Source: Guillardia theta CCMP2712
Taxonomy: Eukaryota > Protista > Cryptophyta
Direction of reading: 5' to 3'
NCBI RefSeq assembly: GCF_000315625.1
Contig: NW_005434641.1
Coordinates: 611,465-675,464 of the forward strand
DNA length: 64,000 nucleotides
The translations under genes and the position numbers were made by a program. The notes below the pieces were generated by a model. The model worked only from the letters and a program-made list of their open reading frames with translations. It ran no database searches and was not told the origin of the DNA. Each line of letters begins with the position of its first letter. Positions within the stretch are counted from its first letter, which is position 1. This document shows positions 41,561 through 55,449 of the stretch, one piece after another.

Positions 41561-42999
41561 GACACCAAAAAAAAAAAAAAATTGAAAGCTGCATTGTTCT
41601 TCAGTTAGGATTGCAGTAAGTTGGCAAGTGCGTTGAGTTTAAATAGCTCCTGTCTTCCTCTGCACCCGCTCCTTTATTACGACTAGAGCTTGGTGATTAG
41701 TCTATCCATCCTCATTCATTTAACAAATCCTTCAAGAAAACAACTGACGCCATCGCAGTTCAGTTACTGCTGCGAAAAGTTCTTAGGCCGGAGAGTGCTG
41801 GAGGTACCAGAGGGTAGAATGCATTTTCTTCCCAGTGATCTGCCAGACAAATAAGTCACGACAAGTTTCTCCATGCTGACTCCATGGCGTAATCAGTCTT
41901 GATTCGCTCATTTTACAGATTTCAACATGCAAGTTTGAATTTCTTCTCAGTTTTCCATCATGTGAAACACAACAAGCCATGGTACACAGGCGCACAACAC
42001 AGTTCACAATTCAAGGCAGATGTTCTGCAATGTGGGACGAAAGAATCAAGAGGACGTGAGGTAAAAGAGCAGCGTGAGGATGAAGGATGATGGAGGTCGA
42101 TAGCGATGGTTGACTGACCGGGTCAGGGACCCCCGACAGGAGGACGACAGGCTTCGGTGCAGCAGCAACAGAGGGCTTGAGAGAGAACATGGCGGTAAAG
42201 CTAGGGCAGGCGGTGATTCAGACAAGCACAAAGCTAGGGGTGGGTAGTTGAAGAAGACTGGATTTGGTACTGAGTAGAGCACACAATGTCTGAATTGTTT
42301 TTAAGCGATTTCCCGAATTTATTTCCCGCCATGCTTAGTTATGCACGCATATTTCAATTATATTTTGAAAATTAATCTATAGTAACGAAATATTAAACAT
42401 GAGTTTACAAATTTAATAACAAATTTCATAATCTTATCACCCCACAGCAATACATTCATCTTTAATCTTTTGCGAAGGGTCATCTACTTCCGTTGGATGG
42501 GTAGGTGGTAACTTGAAGAGGGATTGGTAACTTGAAGAGACAACCAACAAGGATAGCCTGATCCCGCCGCGGGTGATCGTACCGGGCCGGGCCGCTCCGC
42601 CGGCTTGCGGGCCGCCGCGGCTCCGACTGGCGGCCGGGCGGCGTGACTGCCAGTCGCGGGCCGTCCTCCGCAAGGTTGGACTCGCCGATGAACTCGTGAG
42701 CAGTACTGGCACAGTCAGGCCGAGTTTCCACAAAGTTTATTGAAGTTACAGGGTGAAAAAACTTGAACACAAATCAATTTTCGCCGCAGTGTGTTCATCA
42801 GCGGCGGAATCTCTCCGAGATCATTTGTGCAGTTCGATCCCGTTTGCCGTTTGTATCGCAACTAACAGCCCGGTGACGGGCAGGCCAGCTGGACGGTGTC
42901 CAGGTGGCCTCGCCACTCAAAACTTTGAAGAAATTCCTGTTTTGGTTCCCACAAACGAAAGCTCCTGTCCGACCAGACAGCTTACTTGCAGAGTGATGT

Positions 43000-44337
43000 T
43001 TACTTCTTCTTCTTTTCGGGCTCGGGCATCTTCATCTCAGTCAAGGCTGGAGGGCCCTCTTTCAGGTTGGTATACTGCAAACAAATCAGCGGAGGCAATT
43101 TGATCGCATCCTACTCCACACACCTGAACATCCGAATTGAGGACGCGTTCCAGGAATCGCTCCAAGGAGCTCTGAGACAATGCAGTATCATCCTTAGCAA
43201 ATCGAGTTCTCTTGCCAGTACGAAGAACAGCAACCTAAAAAGAATAATGAATAGAAGTATGAGATCATCGTATTTTCCAACCTTGGCCCCATCAGTGGCC
43301 TCAATGTCCAGAGCTTTTACAAAAGCGCTCTCGCGATCCGAGTTGATCCACATGAAGGCGAGTTTCACTTTCTCTCCAGAATGCTTGCTTTTTGTCGCCA
43401 TCACAATGTCATAAACATTCTTGTCGAGCTTTCCATCTGCAGTTGCTTTGCTTGACACAATCACACACCAGGCATCGGCTCCGTAGCAAACGTCCTGAGC
43501 AGATAGAGAGGTAAGCTCAGGAATAGCCTCTGCAAGCCAAGGTTTCTTGAGAGCAAGCTCCTCATCAGCTGCATTGTTCTCCAGGGCAAAAGTTTCCTGA
43601 TATTTGTTCAAGAATTCGAAAATCTCCCTCACTTCAAACTTGTCATCATACTTGATAGGTTTCTTCTGGCCAGGTTTGACAACAAGGATGGTGGGGAACT
43701 TAGAAACTTTGTATCTGCTCACAACTCCCTTCTCGTCCTTGTTCACAATGCCGAGAGTCATCTTGCCCTTGAGATCCACGCTCAATCCTCTCCACATGAG
43801 GGGAGTCTTGGGTTTGTCGGTGAACAAGAGGGCCTTGAACTTGCCAGCCTCCTTGTTGAGGAATGCATCAATGTTGTCAGCTGTGATCTTTTCAACAAAG
43901 TGGGTCATAAACTTCAATGCCCATGTGTACACAGCCTTGTCGTTTCTCTCTCCTGTGTACTCCGTGACACCAAACCCTCCAGGCGGGATCACTTTCAATG
44001 TAGGGAACGAAGTAACTGAATATTCATCGCAAATCTTCTTCTGCTTGCCGCAATTGATGGCAGTAACCTTGATAATTCCACGAAGCTGTTTTGCGAGGCT
44101 GCAATAGTCCTTAGTGAAAGATTTCGCGTTGGCAGCGTCATCCTTGTAGAACTCGATGAGCTTGACATGATTCATCGAGTCGGGCTTCTTGATGTGAGTG
44201 TGAAAGTTGAGATTGTTCAGCTCCTCAACCAGGCATTCCTTGTCCTTGCCTTCTCTCCCGTACAGATCGGCAGAAGCCGGCATTGCTGCCGCAAGCAGCG
44301 CCGCCGCCAGGAGCAGATGAGTCGATCTCGCAGCCAT
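43000..44337 (-). CDS. Secretory-pathway PDI-family protein with thioredoxin-like folds lacking CxxC
   Basis: Signal peptide MAARSTHLLLAAALLAAAMPASA; LIEFYKDDAANAK..LAKQLRGIIKVTAINC..ICDEYSVTSFPTLK; second fold RYKVSKFPTILV; spliced C-terminus ...PEPEKKKK*. Confidence 0.8.
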
Positions 44338-45739
44338 GACGCCTACCCTACCCAGACCCACGTGCGTTAAGTGGGGTTCGACAGACCCTTACACCCCTGA
44401 ATCTACTATGCAAAAGACGGGTGCTCTTTCACTTAAACCCCGGACCCCTTCAGTTCCCTCGAACAGTTACAAGTGTGGAGGTAGCCCTGCAAGGCTCTCT
44501 GATTTATTAAGTGAGCTACTAGTAATAAGGACACATCCTTCAAGATCAGGATTCACAGCTGAGGCTCCCGACACTCCATCATGGGTGACGTCATAAAATA
44601 ACGGTGATAACGGTCTTCTCGATCTTCTAGGACTGTGATTTTACCCTCATAAGTTCACTCAAAGTTAAGTTAAAAATAAGTACGAAGGCCGCCGGGCCTG
44701 AGCGACCCGGCCCGGTGAGTCACTGCCCGTGTGACATCCGCCGGACCGCCCCGGCGCGGCCGCCCGGGTTCAGAGGCCGACCGTCACAGAGTCACCGGTC
44801 ACGGGGTGACGGTCCAAGCCGACTCCGGCGGCCCGGGTGGCGAGGTCTGATCACTGAGAATCAGAAACTAAAAGCTGTGATTGCCGAACTTCGGAACTTC
44901 GGACTGAGTGCAATGCGACAATCATGGCAGTTTCTGGACGAGCAGAGAAGCATACTGATATCGAATGTTGCCCGGCCTGATTCGCTCCCAAAGCATAGTC
45001 ACCAATCAGGTTGCTAAACTTCAGGCGGCAAGCCTCCAAAGTTCCGATTCAACTTGGCAATGCACGCCGGTGTAGCGAAGTGGCACAACTTGATGATCAG
45101 GGAGGTTTATCAGGATGCCATGGCAAAGGACGGTACTAAACTGAAGAAGGGAAGATCTTGAACCCTCGGATGATCATCGTAATAGACTCCCGGGGCGGTC
45201 CGAGCCGCTCGGCCCGCGTTTCACGGTCACCGGGTGATCGGCCCCCGACTGTCCGATCCGGGACTCCGACGCCGTGGAGCCTCGGAGTCCAGTGAATGCG
45301 GCCCGGTAGCCCGGCCGCCGCGCACTGCACAGTGAGTCCGCTTGTCCGATCTCACAGAGACGGTGAGTCACCGGGGCGGCCCGCGGCCAGGCCGGGCGGC
45401 CGGCGCGCCGTTCCCGGAAAGTCACCGTGGCGGCGTGACTCACGACGATCGGACGGTGCAGGCTGATGAGCCTCCGCCTGACAAACTTGAAACTTGGCAA
45501 CCGAAGTAATTGCCAAGCCTCGCGGCAGTGATTGTGATTAGTGAGGGTTGGCACGCTATATAACGAGCATTGTTACATCAACGGTACAGTAATCGAACTG
45601 ATCACTTCGAGGCTAGTCTGCAGAGGCAAACAAACTCTGAAAGTCGCTGTGTCAACAATGAAGCAGGATGTTGATTAACCAACAGGAGCTGAACAGATCT
45701 GAGGCATCCTCGTCTCCCGGCAAGGTGCATATTTTACAA

Positions 45740-47222
45740 GGTTTTTGTCATCTTGCATATGATCTTCGGTGGTAACGTATCGAGGACAATAAAGAAGATT
45801 TCAGACGAAGCCTCACGAGGTAGCCACACGCATCGCCCACGATCGTGAGGAAGGAGCATTTCTCACAGGATTGGCCTGCTTGCGATTGTTGGACTGCAAA
45901 AATGTTAAGTTACTGCAAAAGCAGCGGCTGCTGCACCTTAGGCTGGGGATGCGGGGAGAAGTCAGCGGAGATGGGAGGGAAGGACTTGAAGTCGATCTTC
46001 TGCAGCCCAGCAAACTCATAGAGCTTGCGCTTCCACATGCGGAGGTATCTAGAAGCTCTAATCAGTCTCATCCAGTTGCCAAAGTGAGGACATCACCCAT
46101 CATATCTCCTCTTGCCACAGATCAGCGTGAGCTCGAGTACTCCTTCCTCCGTGATGTATGGGAGCCCGATGATGTCCTGGAGCTGACGCCCAGAGAAACC
46201 TTGATCCATGAGGCGCTTGTAACCCTCCGTGTTCTTCCCTATGTCGATTTGCTTTTGGCGAGCTCGCAGCTTTGTTTCATCAATTTCGCCAAGTGGAAGG
46301 GCCTGCAAGTCTTCAGCAGTCTTGTCTCTGGTCCCAACTTTGCCTCCAGGGATCTACGAAACAGCTTAAGAAACAAAGAAACGTGCTAGTCATCGCGTAC
46401 CACATCTCTTCCACCAGTCGGCACGTACATCTTATTGGTCACATCATACTTGCAAGGAACTCTAGTTCTTTTGCCGGTGTCATCAACAATCTCTGCAAAG
46501 AAAGGGCTGATCCTGGCCTTCTTCCCGTTGTACGGATATTGGGAAGCTCCACCTCTCGGGTGATTCCTCTTCAAACCAGTCATCTGCAAAAAGGGTCAAC
46601 GGCCTCGTCTTGAAAGCACCTATTCCTCTTGACCTCTCGCTCCGAGGGGGAGGAAGGCGTCCTTGCTTCCGTCTTCTTCTCAGAAGAGGGGCTGACCACT
46701 TCAGTGTCGGAAGGTGAAGGTTGTGCGGAATTCAGCACAGAAAGAGCTTGAGAGAGGTGGAGCTGCAGGGCACCCGGGGAGAAGATGAGGAATGATAGTC
46801 TATCAAGATCCTCGGTTGCCTCGAGAAACATCCCGGTGAGTTTGCCAGCAAGTTCGGGTTGCATGCGATAGATTTCTTGGTAGCTGAGAAATGTTGTCGT
46901 CATTTGTGTGGACAAACGTACAGCAAAATCTTACAGCGCATTTCCCACTCTCGATTTCTTTTCGGTTTCCCCGCAGTTCTTTCATGCAATCAAGTCAGAC
47001 AGTCATAGAAAAAGACGAACCAAGACGAACCAATACCTTCAGCTCTGATAGAAATTGATTTAGCTTGCGATTTACGACATCACTGTCATCATCCCCTTCG
47101 TCACCGGATGATTCAAGCTTCTTTTCATTGCAAACTTTTTCCTGTTTCAGATGTCATTGAAACAATTGTAGAGAACCATGCGCATACTTTGTTGGGCGTT
47201 GGCTGTGCAGATGCAGTATCAT
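45740..47222 (-). CDS. Histone-mRNA stem-loop-binding protein (SLBP)-like protein with an N-terminal MLLE/PABC domain; termini approximate
   Basis: MLLE-like QPELAGKLTGMFLE..ALQLHLSQALSVL; SLBP RNA-binding domain KLRARQKQIDIGKNTEGYKR...KRRYDG|YLRMWKRKLYEF; joined in frame by GT-AG introns 46584-46633, 46354-46400 and 46049-46096. Confidence 0.8.
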
Positions 47223-50200
47223 TGTTCTGCTCGTCTCTGTCAAAGAAAGCTAGTCTTCCGGCAACCTAGCACAACTCAAATCCGAGTTTGACATGTACAA
47301 AGTCATTTCACCTCATTGGTAAGGCCCGAGGAGGCACTTTGATCCGGATCAATTGCCACGATGCTGGACATTCTGACTAGTAGGAAGTTAGGGACGTATG
47401 TACAACCAAGGCATTTTTCTTGGTTTGAGCGAAGGAAGAGAAGACGATCTGAGGTGGTTGCATGGCAGTAAAGGGGGATAAAGGTACGAGCGGGGAGGAT
47501 GCAAGTAAAACTACAAGGTAAAGAGTTGGATAAATGGTGAAGACAAGGTGGAATGAGGAGGTGAGGGGATGAGGAGATGAAGGAGAGCTGCAGTAAGGAA
47601 TGAAAAACAACGACAAAGAAATAGAGCAAATCAAGACCCAACATAGGACCACGCGAAGGGCAGAGGTTAAGTCAGAAGGTGAAGTGTGAAGAGCAGAGTT
47701 TCAGAAGACAGGAAAAGTTGCAGGGTTAAGGAAAGAGAGAAGATGAAGCTCGAGCAGCAGAGAGGACAATCAGGGAGGAGCTTACAGGGGACGGCAGGGG
47801 AAGGCAGGAGAGCAGGAGAAAGGGGAAGGCAGGAGAAAGCAAGGAAGGGGGAAATCGTATGAGTACGGTACAGTACGGTACTATATTTGATATGGGAGCA
47901 GGAAAAGGTTTGTGGGATGATTCACGGGAGTGGAGACGGAGGACAAGAGGGGTGAGACAAATCGAGACATAACACCAATGATGAAAAGAAGAGGAAAAGA
48001 GGAGGGGCGGGGGCGGGGGAAGACGGTATGGGAAAGAAAATTGAGGGGAAGGGACGAGAGGGGAAGGGAAGAGATGGGAAAAGAAGGGAAGGAAAGGAAA
48101 GAGATGGGATGGGATGGGATGGGATTTGAAGGAAGAGATGGGAAGCGAAGCGAAGCGGAGGGATGGGGTGGGGTGGAATGGGATGGGATGGCATGGTATG
48201 GTATGGTATGGGATGGGGTGGGATGGAATGGGATGGGATGGGACGGGAAGAGGATAAGAGAGGACATCAGAGGACCTGATATGAAATAAGGGGGTAGGGA
48301 AGAGGCAGGGGAGGCAGGGAAAGAAGACACTGTGGTGGCGGGGAAGGGAGGAGAGGAGTGGCGATGGGACGGGAGGGGCAGAAAGGCGGGAGGTTCAAAC
48401 TTCCAATTGCAATAGCTAACTGGCATGGTGATGCCCGCTACCACCGCCGGGCCCGGCGCGCCAGCGCCTTTATTATTAATTTTTTTATTTTTCAAGTTTA
48501 GTAAACTTTCACTAGTATATGATAGTCCGACGCACCTGAGAGCTAGTACCGTACTCGGACGCCGGGCCGGGGGCGCGTCCGCGGTGATCGGACCGGGTTT
48601 ACCATATCATATATAGCCACGGTACCGTACCGTGCCGTCACGGTGCCGTGGCCGGCGCCGCCGGAAGTCACCGTGGCCCAACAGTGGCGCGCGGATCGGA
48701 TCATCCGATGATCGCGGCGGTCCGCGGCCGGGCGGCCGGTGCCACCGACGGTCTCGGCGGACCGTCACTGTCACCGTACGGTACCGTACGGGGGCCGGAC
48801 TCTCGCTGACTCACTGTAGTGCCGGGGCCGCCCGGCACCGTCACGGTGCCAGTGATGGTCAGTGGCCCATGATGCCAGTAGGCTGCGTGACGGCGATGAT
48901 ACGTTTGATTTACAACAAGCCTAAGTATCATACTCGTACAACTTGCCAAATAAAGTACATAAATCAACTGTGATTCGGAAGTTTCTTTGAAGGAGTTAAC
49001 GGTAGATCGTGGAAAAAATAATGTCACGCATGAAAGCAGCATGCTCTCTCTGCTCAAAACTTCAGAAAAATCCTCCAACAAGAATGAAAACCTTCTTGTT
49101 GAGATTTGCATGTCCTCCATGAACATGTACAGCAGGTTCCCTCCTACGGTTTACAATCAACACGATCCCCCACAGACACCAGTCAAAAACCCGTTAGAGT
49201 GTTCCAGCTTTGCTTTCGTAGCATTTGCTAGGACGGGAGGATTCTTGATCTAAACATTTCTCAATGTGGCAATGAAGCAAAAGGATAATTACCTTCAAAC
49301 TTGGCTTGAGCCCAACTCCTTTGACTTCTTTCATATTCAGGCCTGAGGAACAGAAACCATCAGAATCCCTTGTTTCACCATCTATCAGTTGCTGAAATAC
49401 CAGGATGATAATTGTCCAAAACTTCACAATGTTTGGACTCCACGAGAAATAAATCATCCATTTCGTTTGAGTCTGAAGACTGTGCAATCATTTTAAGTAA
49501 CAAGCAGAAATTATCCGTGATTATCCAACCGAGAAGGAAGACCGCTTGCCCGTTTTGACAAGCATCACATTCCGGTCATGTTGACCTGCTGAAGAGCCCA
49601 CAGAAATCCGAGAGTGGAACGCTGAGGAATCTGGAATAAAATCCCTTGCAACAAAACAGGGGACAGGTCTCACCGGTTTTGCATTTCTCAAGGCACTCAT
49701 CGTCTGCAAGAGACCTGCAAAACAATTGAACATACACTTCTCATGATTGGGACATACGACCAACCGTGTTTTTCCAGCTGCCTCATTGTAATGGCGAGAA
49801 CAGTCTGCCAAATCCATCAACCAAAATGGCACAACAAAAATGATTACCTTTGTTCTCATGGCAGAATAATTGTTCCATAATGAAATCAACTACATCAATT
49901 ACATAATTAAAAAAGAATATCATCCCCGATGTCTTTCAGGAACGGCTTCCAGCACAAAATTTCGCGATCTGTAGAACAAACAACATAGAGGCTGAAATGT
50001 GGTGAATCAAGACGCAAAAACAACCGCTAGAGAACATGAAAATGAACAGCATAGAAAAACGGGGCAAACAAACCAAGAAAACAGAGGGCCAGAACATCAT
50101 TTCCTATCCTCTCTCCCTAGCCCGCCCCTCGTCCCTTTCCATCCGCCCCTTCCCCGTATCAACCGCTATGCTGGCATCTGGTCGCAGCGAACCGCGCTAA

Positions 50201-50801
50201 ATTCTGCCTTGGTGGGGTATAACAAGATACGTCGGGTGGTTTAACTGCAGACAAGGACTGCCATGAGTTGGGTGGTGGTCCTTCCAAAAAAGAATTAAGG
50301 GGTGATAAACTGGGGATTTGCAGGGGTGAAGTAAAGCATCTGAAAAGCTTTTAGGGTGGGGTCATCTCCTTGCAGGGGTAGTATTCAATACCACCCAAGA
50401 AAGTAGCACCACCCACCCCTTCTCCACTCATTTTTTTTTTTATCTCATGGGTGAGTACCCCACCCTCTGGTTGTACCCCTCTAAAACCCCTATCCTCAAC
50501 CCCTTCCTGAACTCGTAATCCGGATCGGATACACCTGGTTCCGGCCCGAGCCCGAGTATGGCCCGGACGAACTTTTAACTAAAATGGGCTGAGATTACCA
50601 ATGATTAACTCAAACTTAGTACCTAATATAGTGGGTAGTTGAGCAGCACACATAAGGACGGGTGGATAATTTTTCGTGACGAGGGAGGTAGGGATTCACC
50701 GGGGTATGCGAATGGAATTGGAGGGGTGTGGGGTACAATGATTGGTATCAGATTGAAGGAGGTGGGGTGGACGTGGGTAGGAGTCGTTCAGAAGATTGCG
50801 A

Positions 50802-51447
50802 ATGCTGCCGCTCCTCGCTCGCCGTGCATGCACGTCTTCGTCTTCCTCGCTACCGAAGCGCATGGTGCTTATCCACAAGACAGGTATCTTCCTATTGTCT
50901 CCAATACATGATGCCTCCACTGAGAATCTCCCCACAACCCCATTGTTTTTCATTTGTGAATTGGTGATTTTTTTATTTCTTCTCTGTATGTTCGAGGTGC
51001 GCCCACCCTCTCGCTTCTGTTTACTTGATGCCAATCTTGATGACCATCGTATGTATAAACCCCTCGACTCCGTTCCCCCTCCCGATCGAGCATCTCTCTC
51101 ATGCTTCTTCCACCTTGTTCATTGCCCTGAACAACATGTAATGTGGCCTTGTCCTATCTTTTCTTTGTTATGTTACTGTTGTCACTGTCCATGAACTCTG
51201 AACCCAACTTGATGCAAGATTCAAACTTGTTTCAGGATTGACGGATGCTTGGCGCAAACATCCTATTTGCAGTCGTGAATCGAATCTCAAGAAGATGTTC
51301 CCTGGACTGGGAACAGCTGCAGGTACTGTTTTTTGTTGATTTGAACTGTTTTTAAATTGCTATTGGCCAGCATTATTTGCAGTGTACGTCGTTGTTGACC
51401 AAAGCATGTCGGCAATGGCGCCAAAGAAGGACAAGCACCATCATTGA
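50802..51447 (+). CDS. NDUFB3: NADH dehydrogenase (complex I) subunit B12/NDUFB3; exons 50802-50883, 51236-51322, 51371-51447
   Basis: Spliced product ...GLTDAWRKHPICSRESNLKKMFPGLGTAAALFAVYVVVDQ..., matching the DxWRKHP...PGLG...F.VY pattern of B12; Arg/Ser-rich mitochondrial presequence. Confidence 0.8.
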
Positions 51448-51543
51448 GTTATGATTGTTGTTGTTAGTGAAAGCGTGGGTTTCTTTTGTCGTTTTAGTTT
51501 TTACGAATGAATGCTCGTGGAGCTCCACAGTCATCTAAATCGG

Positions 51544-53513
51544 TTACATCGAATCAGTTTGTAGCGGTCCAGGATCAGTCTTAAAAAGCCCGAACAAAAG
51601 TTTCCGGACACATGAAGCTGCCTCCTACATGTATGCGATATCTGTGTACCTTATTGCTTCACCGCCGTCAGAAGACCAAGGCGAATTAGTCCCTGCCATG
51701 CAAGAAGTTGGAGATGGATGCCGGTCAAGACGTAGGAAGATTCAAGGATGGAGACTCAGCATCGAACGCATGAGAAAAGAAAGGAAGAGCAACCTTATTG
51801 AAGCCTCGAATCATAAGAAGAACAGCACGAGCTCCTCGGAGAGTCTCAATTCCTTTCCGCAGCGTCTTGATCAGTCCTTTGAACCCTGTAGAGCATTACG
51901 AGGCCATTTTCTTCCATCCGTCCTCATCACTGCGCTACCTTGCCATGAAAGAGCAGATCGCCATACAGCTGGCCAGAACGGACGAACTGCATCCTGAGAA
52001 GGAAAACATCAAGGAATGGCGGAGGTTTAGGAGAAGATAAGAGGTATAGAAGGTTGGGGAAGAATGGGTATGAGGAACGTGCAAAGCACCGTCCAGTCAT
52101 CTGTGCGGATGTCTGTGAAGCTTAATTCTTGTGCGATCATCTTGCTCATGGGTGACCTCGAGGTACAAGCCTTCTCTCTAAACCTTGTAGTCGCTGCATG
52201 AGACCCATTCAGGAAGGTAATAATACTTGGAGATCTGGAAAACGAGTCAGCGGATTCATTTCCTTTCTCCATTTTTACCTTGGACAACAAGCGCTTCTCC
52301 TTGGCCTGCCCAATATATTCAGACTAGCATCAAGCATTTTCACAATGTCACGTCAAGGTTCTCATTGCTTAAATGTCCACAAGACAGCATCTCGGTGTCG
52401 CGATGAGTCCACTGGGACTTGTCAGCAGGAAAGGTATACATTCGTTTACTTACTGTTGCCATCAAAAATCGACCACCCGGCTAAGACAACATCAAGAGTT
52501 GTTAATCATCAAGTTGTACGGACCTTAAGGACTCTTTTACATTCCTCGAGCCATTCCTTCTTTCCTGTACCCAACTATTTGTTACCTTTGACGTATTGGA
52601 TCGTTTCTTCACCAGGCATGTGCTCGCCGGACTCCATCGACCTGCAAATCAGATCAGCTTAGCGCCGGAGGCAAAGTTTTTCCTTACCAGATGAGATCAA
52701 AACTTTCGTCTTCAAAAGGAAGTTTAAGAGCATCTGCTACCTTCAGACGTACCGTATCAAAACATCGATTTCAACTTGATATCTCCACCATAAATTGTGT
52801 CTGATCAGCCAACCCTGCCAGTCGAGAACGCTCTTTGGCATGTTCACATTGCAGAGGACTGTCATGATTTTGTGAATGGTGTGCATTTTATCGTCAAGCG
52901 TTCATAGAAAATAATGGACTTTCACCTCAATGTGATGCCTGTTACTTTGCACCCGTAGCGACGAGCAATGTGTCTCGAGCTTCCCCCCACACCACATCCG
53001 ACATCGAGAACGTGAGTTGGAGCGGAGACCTGTCCCCAGTCCAACAGTCTGTCCACCATGTCAATTTGTGCTTGCACATCTGATTTCTTTTCGTCTCCTT
53101 TTTGTCCATAATGCCCTAAACAAGCATAAGCTGTTCAACTTACTAAAGAATAAACACGACGGTACCCATATGCATGTGTTCCCCCCACACTTCTTCCCAC
53201 AGGGGCGAGGACTGATCATAGAAGTTTGCAATGCCGTTCTTCAGCTCAGTATCTGAAGCAGCTGCTAAGAAAATTCAGGTCAGGTCTCAGCCTTGCACGT
53301 CAAGTTACCCAGGACGATTCGTGAGACTGCAGGGTGTTGGGTCCTTCGGCAAATCCTTGAGGAGAAGATATTCTTCAGATGAGATGCCTAAAAGTAATTT
53401 ATTCGACATGAACCAAGCCAGCAACACTCAACCTTGTGCGACGAAAATTGAAATGTAACGCATTGTTGGAGCAACGAGCAATAAAACGTCGCCAATAAAA
53501 ATTTTCTCAACAT
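51544..53513 (-). CDS. VTE4: Gamma-tocopherol methyltransferase, multi-exon, plastid-targeted
   Basis: [74 protein letters not shown]; N-terminal signal peptide followed by Phe (CVT-FQF). Confidence 0.9.
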
Positions 53514-55449
53514 GATCAGACTCCTATCTAAAAAAAAAACATCATTTGTGTTTTCAATACCGTAATTCAAAGATTAATGTGGAGCTGATACGGGATTTTG
53601 TTACAAATGAGAGACAGTTGGATAGCAGTAGAATGAACTCGGAAGAAGAGAGTGTCGACCAAATTCTACTGTCCTCTGCCTCACACAAACTATGTCAGCA
53701 AGACATCTGGCAGTAAAGCCCAGGGTTCTCTCCAAGCAAGAAGCAAAGCTACTTGGTCGGATCTTTCAATGGTTATGTTCTATTTTCTTGTAAGCACTTT
53801 TTCCTTTCTCATGCAACCCATGAAAATCACCGGATCCTCCCCACCGCATTTGAGGAGCTTATGCGCAGCTTATGGCGAGGATCACCGAACTCTGAGGCGA
53901 ACCCGAATCACCCACTTGGAGACGAAGTGGGCGAACAGCAGGACGTAAGAGAAGGGGAGGGGGAAGCTTGAATGGGGATGCATCGATTGTTGTGCATCAC
54001 AGTGCCTAGTCTTCAGCAAGGGTCTCAAAAGTTTCGGGAGGACAGACATTGAAACAGTGTCTCGGAGATCACTGTTGCTGTGCCCAGTTTCTTCTCGACT
54101 GGGTATGTATGGCGAGAGTGAGGGACTACAACGCTCATCTAAAGGTTACTCATCCCAGCGTCATCTTCGAGAGTATCAAGGGCTCTTTTATTTCAGTCAA
54201 TAAAGGGGAGCATTAAATCTTTCTTTTTCTCTTTGACTGATTGGAGCCAGAGAAAAATAGCTACGATTCTGATTGGTAAACTCTGCTTCAGGCGTTCATT
54301 TTCCGGGGAGGTATTTTGGCAGCCTACATCCAATGGCAGACGAGGACTTGAGTCTGCTTGTCTCCTTGTGACCGACCAACCGATTCTGGTCTTGATTTGG
54401 TTCAGAGCTCAACTAGCTTGCCTCAGCTGCACTGGGATAACGTCAATCTCACCGAAATTCCATGTGTACGAACTTATTGAGAAGGAGGGTTCTTGTTGTA
54501 GCCGAAATTTGCTACTGAAAGCGCACTTTCGAACTTTTCCTGCAAGGATGACAAAGCTGTCTTCTTTGGTGAAGATCTACAGTCAGAAGACTACTTGTGG
54601 TGGCATAGGAATCAATCTACTTAATAACTGCGATGTCATGCCATTTCTGCATAGGTAGTCTGCCCAGACTACCTAGGCAGAATTGAAGGCAATTACGAGC
54701 AGTGAGCCTGCCACAAAGACAGGAGCAAGTGCTTGTTTTCAGACAATCATTGTGTCTGTTCAGAGTGAAATGGATAGAGCCAAGAGTTCCTGTTCCAGGT
54801 ATGGAGGGTTTATGGCTCACACTCGGGATGGACAAAACGAGGACAAGATCGTTTTCGTCAGGATCTGGCAGACAAGGTCTGCGAAGTCGAGGATGAGATA
54901 GAAAGCACGTTGAAATAACAAGTAGATTTCTGACTGAGACTCAGAGTGAGACTCAGGGTTCGGGCATTTCAATGATTTGCTGAATTGACACCTGATTGTA
55001 AGTACCCTGACCTTCTGAGAAAAACATAATTCTTGGAATGATTCTGCTGTTTGAGATACGTACATGTCTCCACGACATCAAATGTGTATTTTTGATACAT
55101 GTCATATGTTGAAGGAAACTTTCAATATCCATACTTAATAATCTGACTTCATTCTTTTTCCAAAAGCGTCTGTCCCCAGGCCCTGAACTCTAAACCTTCA
55201 ATTCTGTTTCCTCGCCATAACTTGGAATTCTCTTGCATCTAGTCTTCAAAAATGAATTTAAATTATATCATTTCTTCGAGAATGTGTTCGGTGGCATATC
55301 GTATTCTAAGATCCTTTCGAACGTGATTTTAAGTCAAAGATGTTGTTTTTTCTTGCATATTTCCGTAGAGGTAAAACATGTCAAGTAGAAATTTGTGTTT
55401 GTGCTAATATGCAGTTCAAACCTACTGCTCATTGACAGAGGCATTTTGA

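Noticed and set aside
48990-50000. Possible genes at ~49000-50000 (-) and ~53650-54900 (+)
   Set aside because: Exon-like pieces are present, but no reliable model or domain could be supported by eye.
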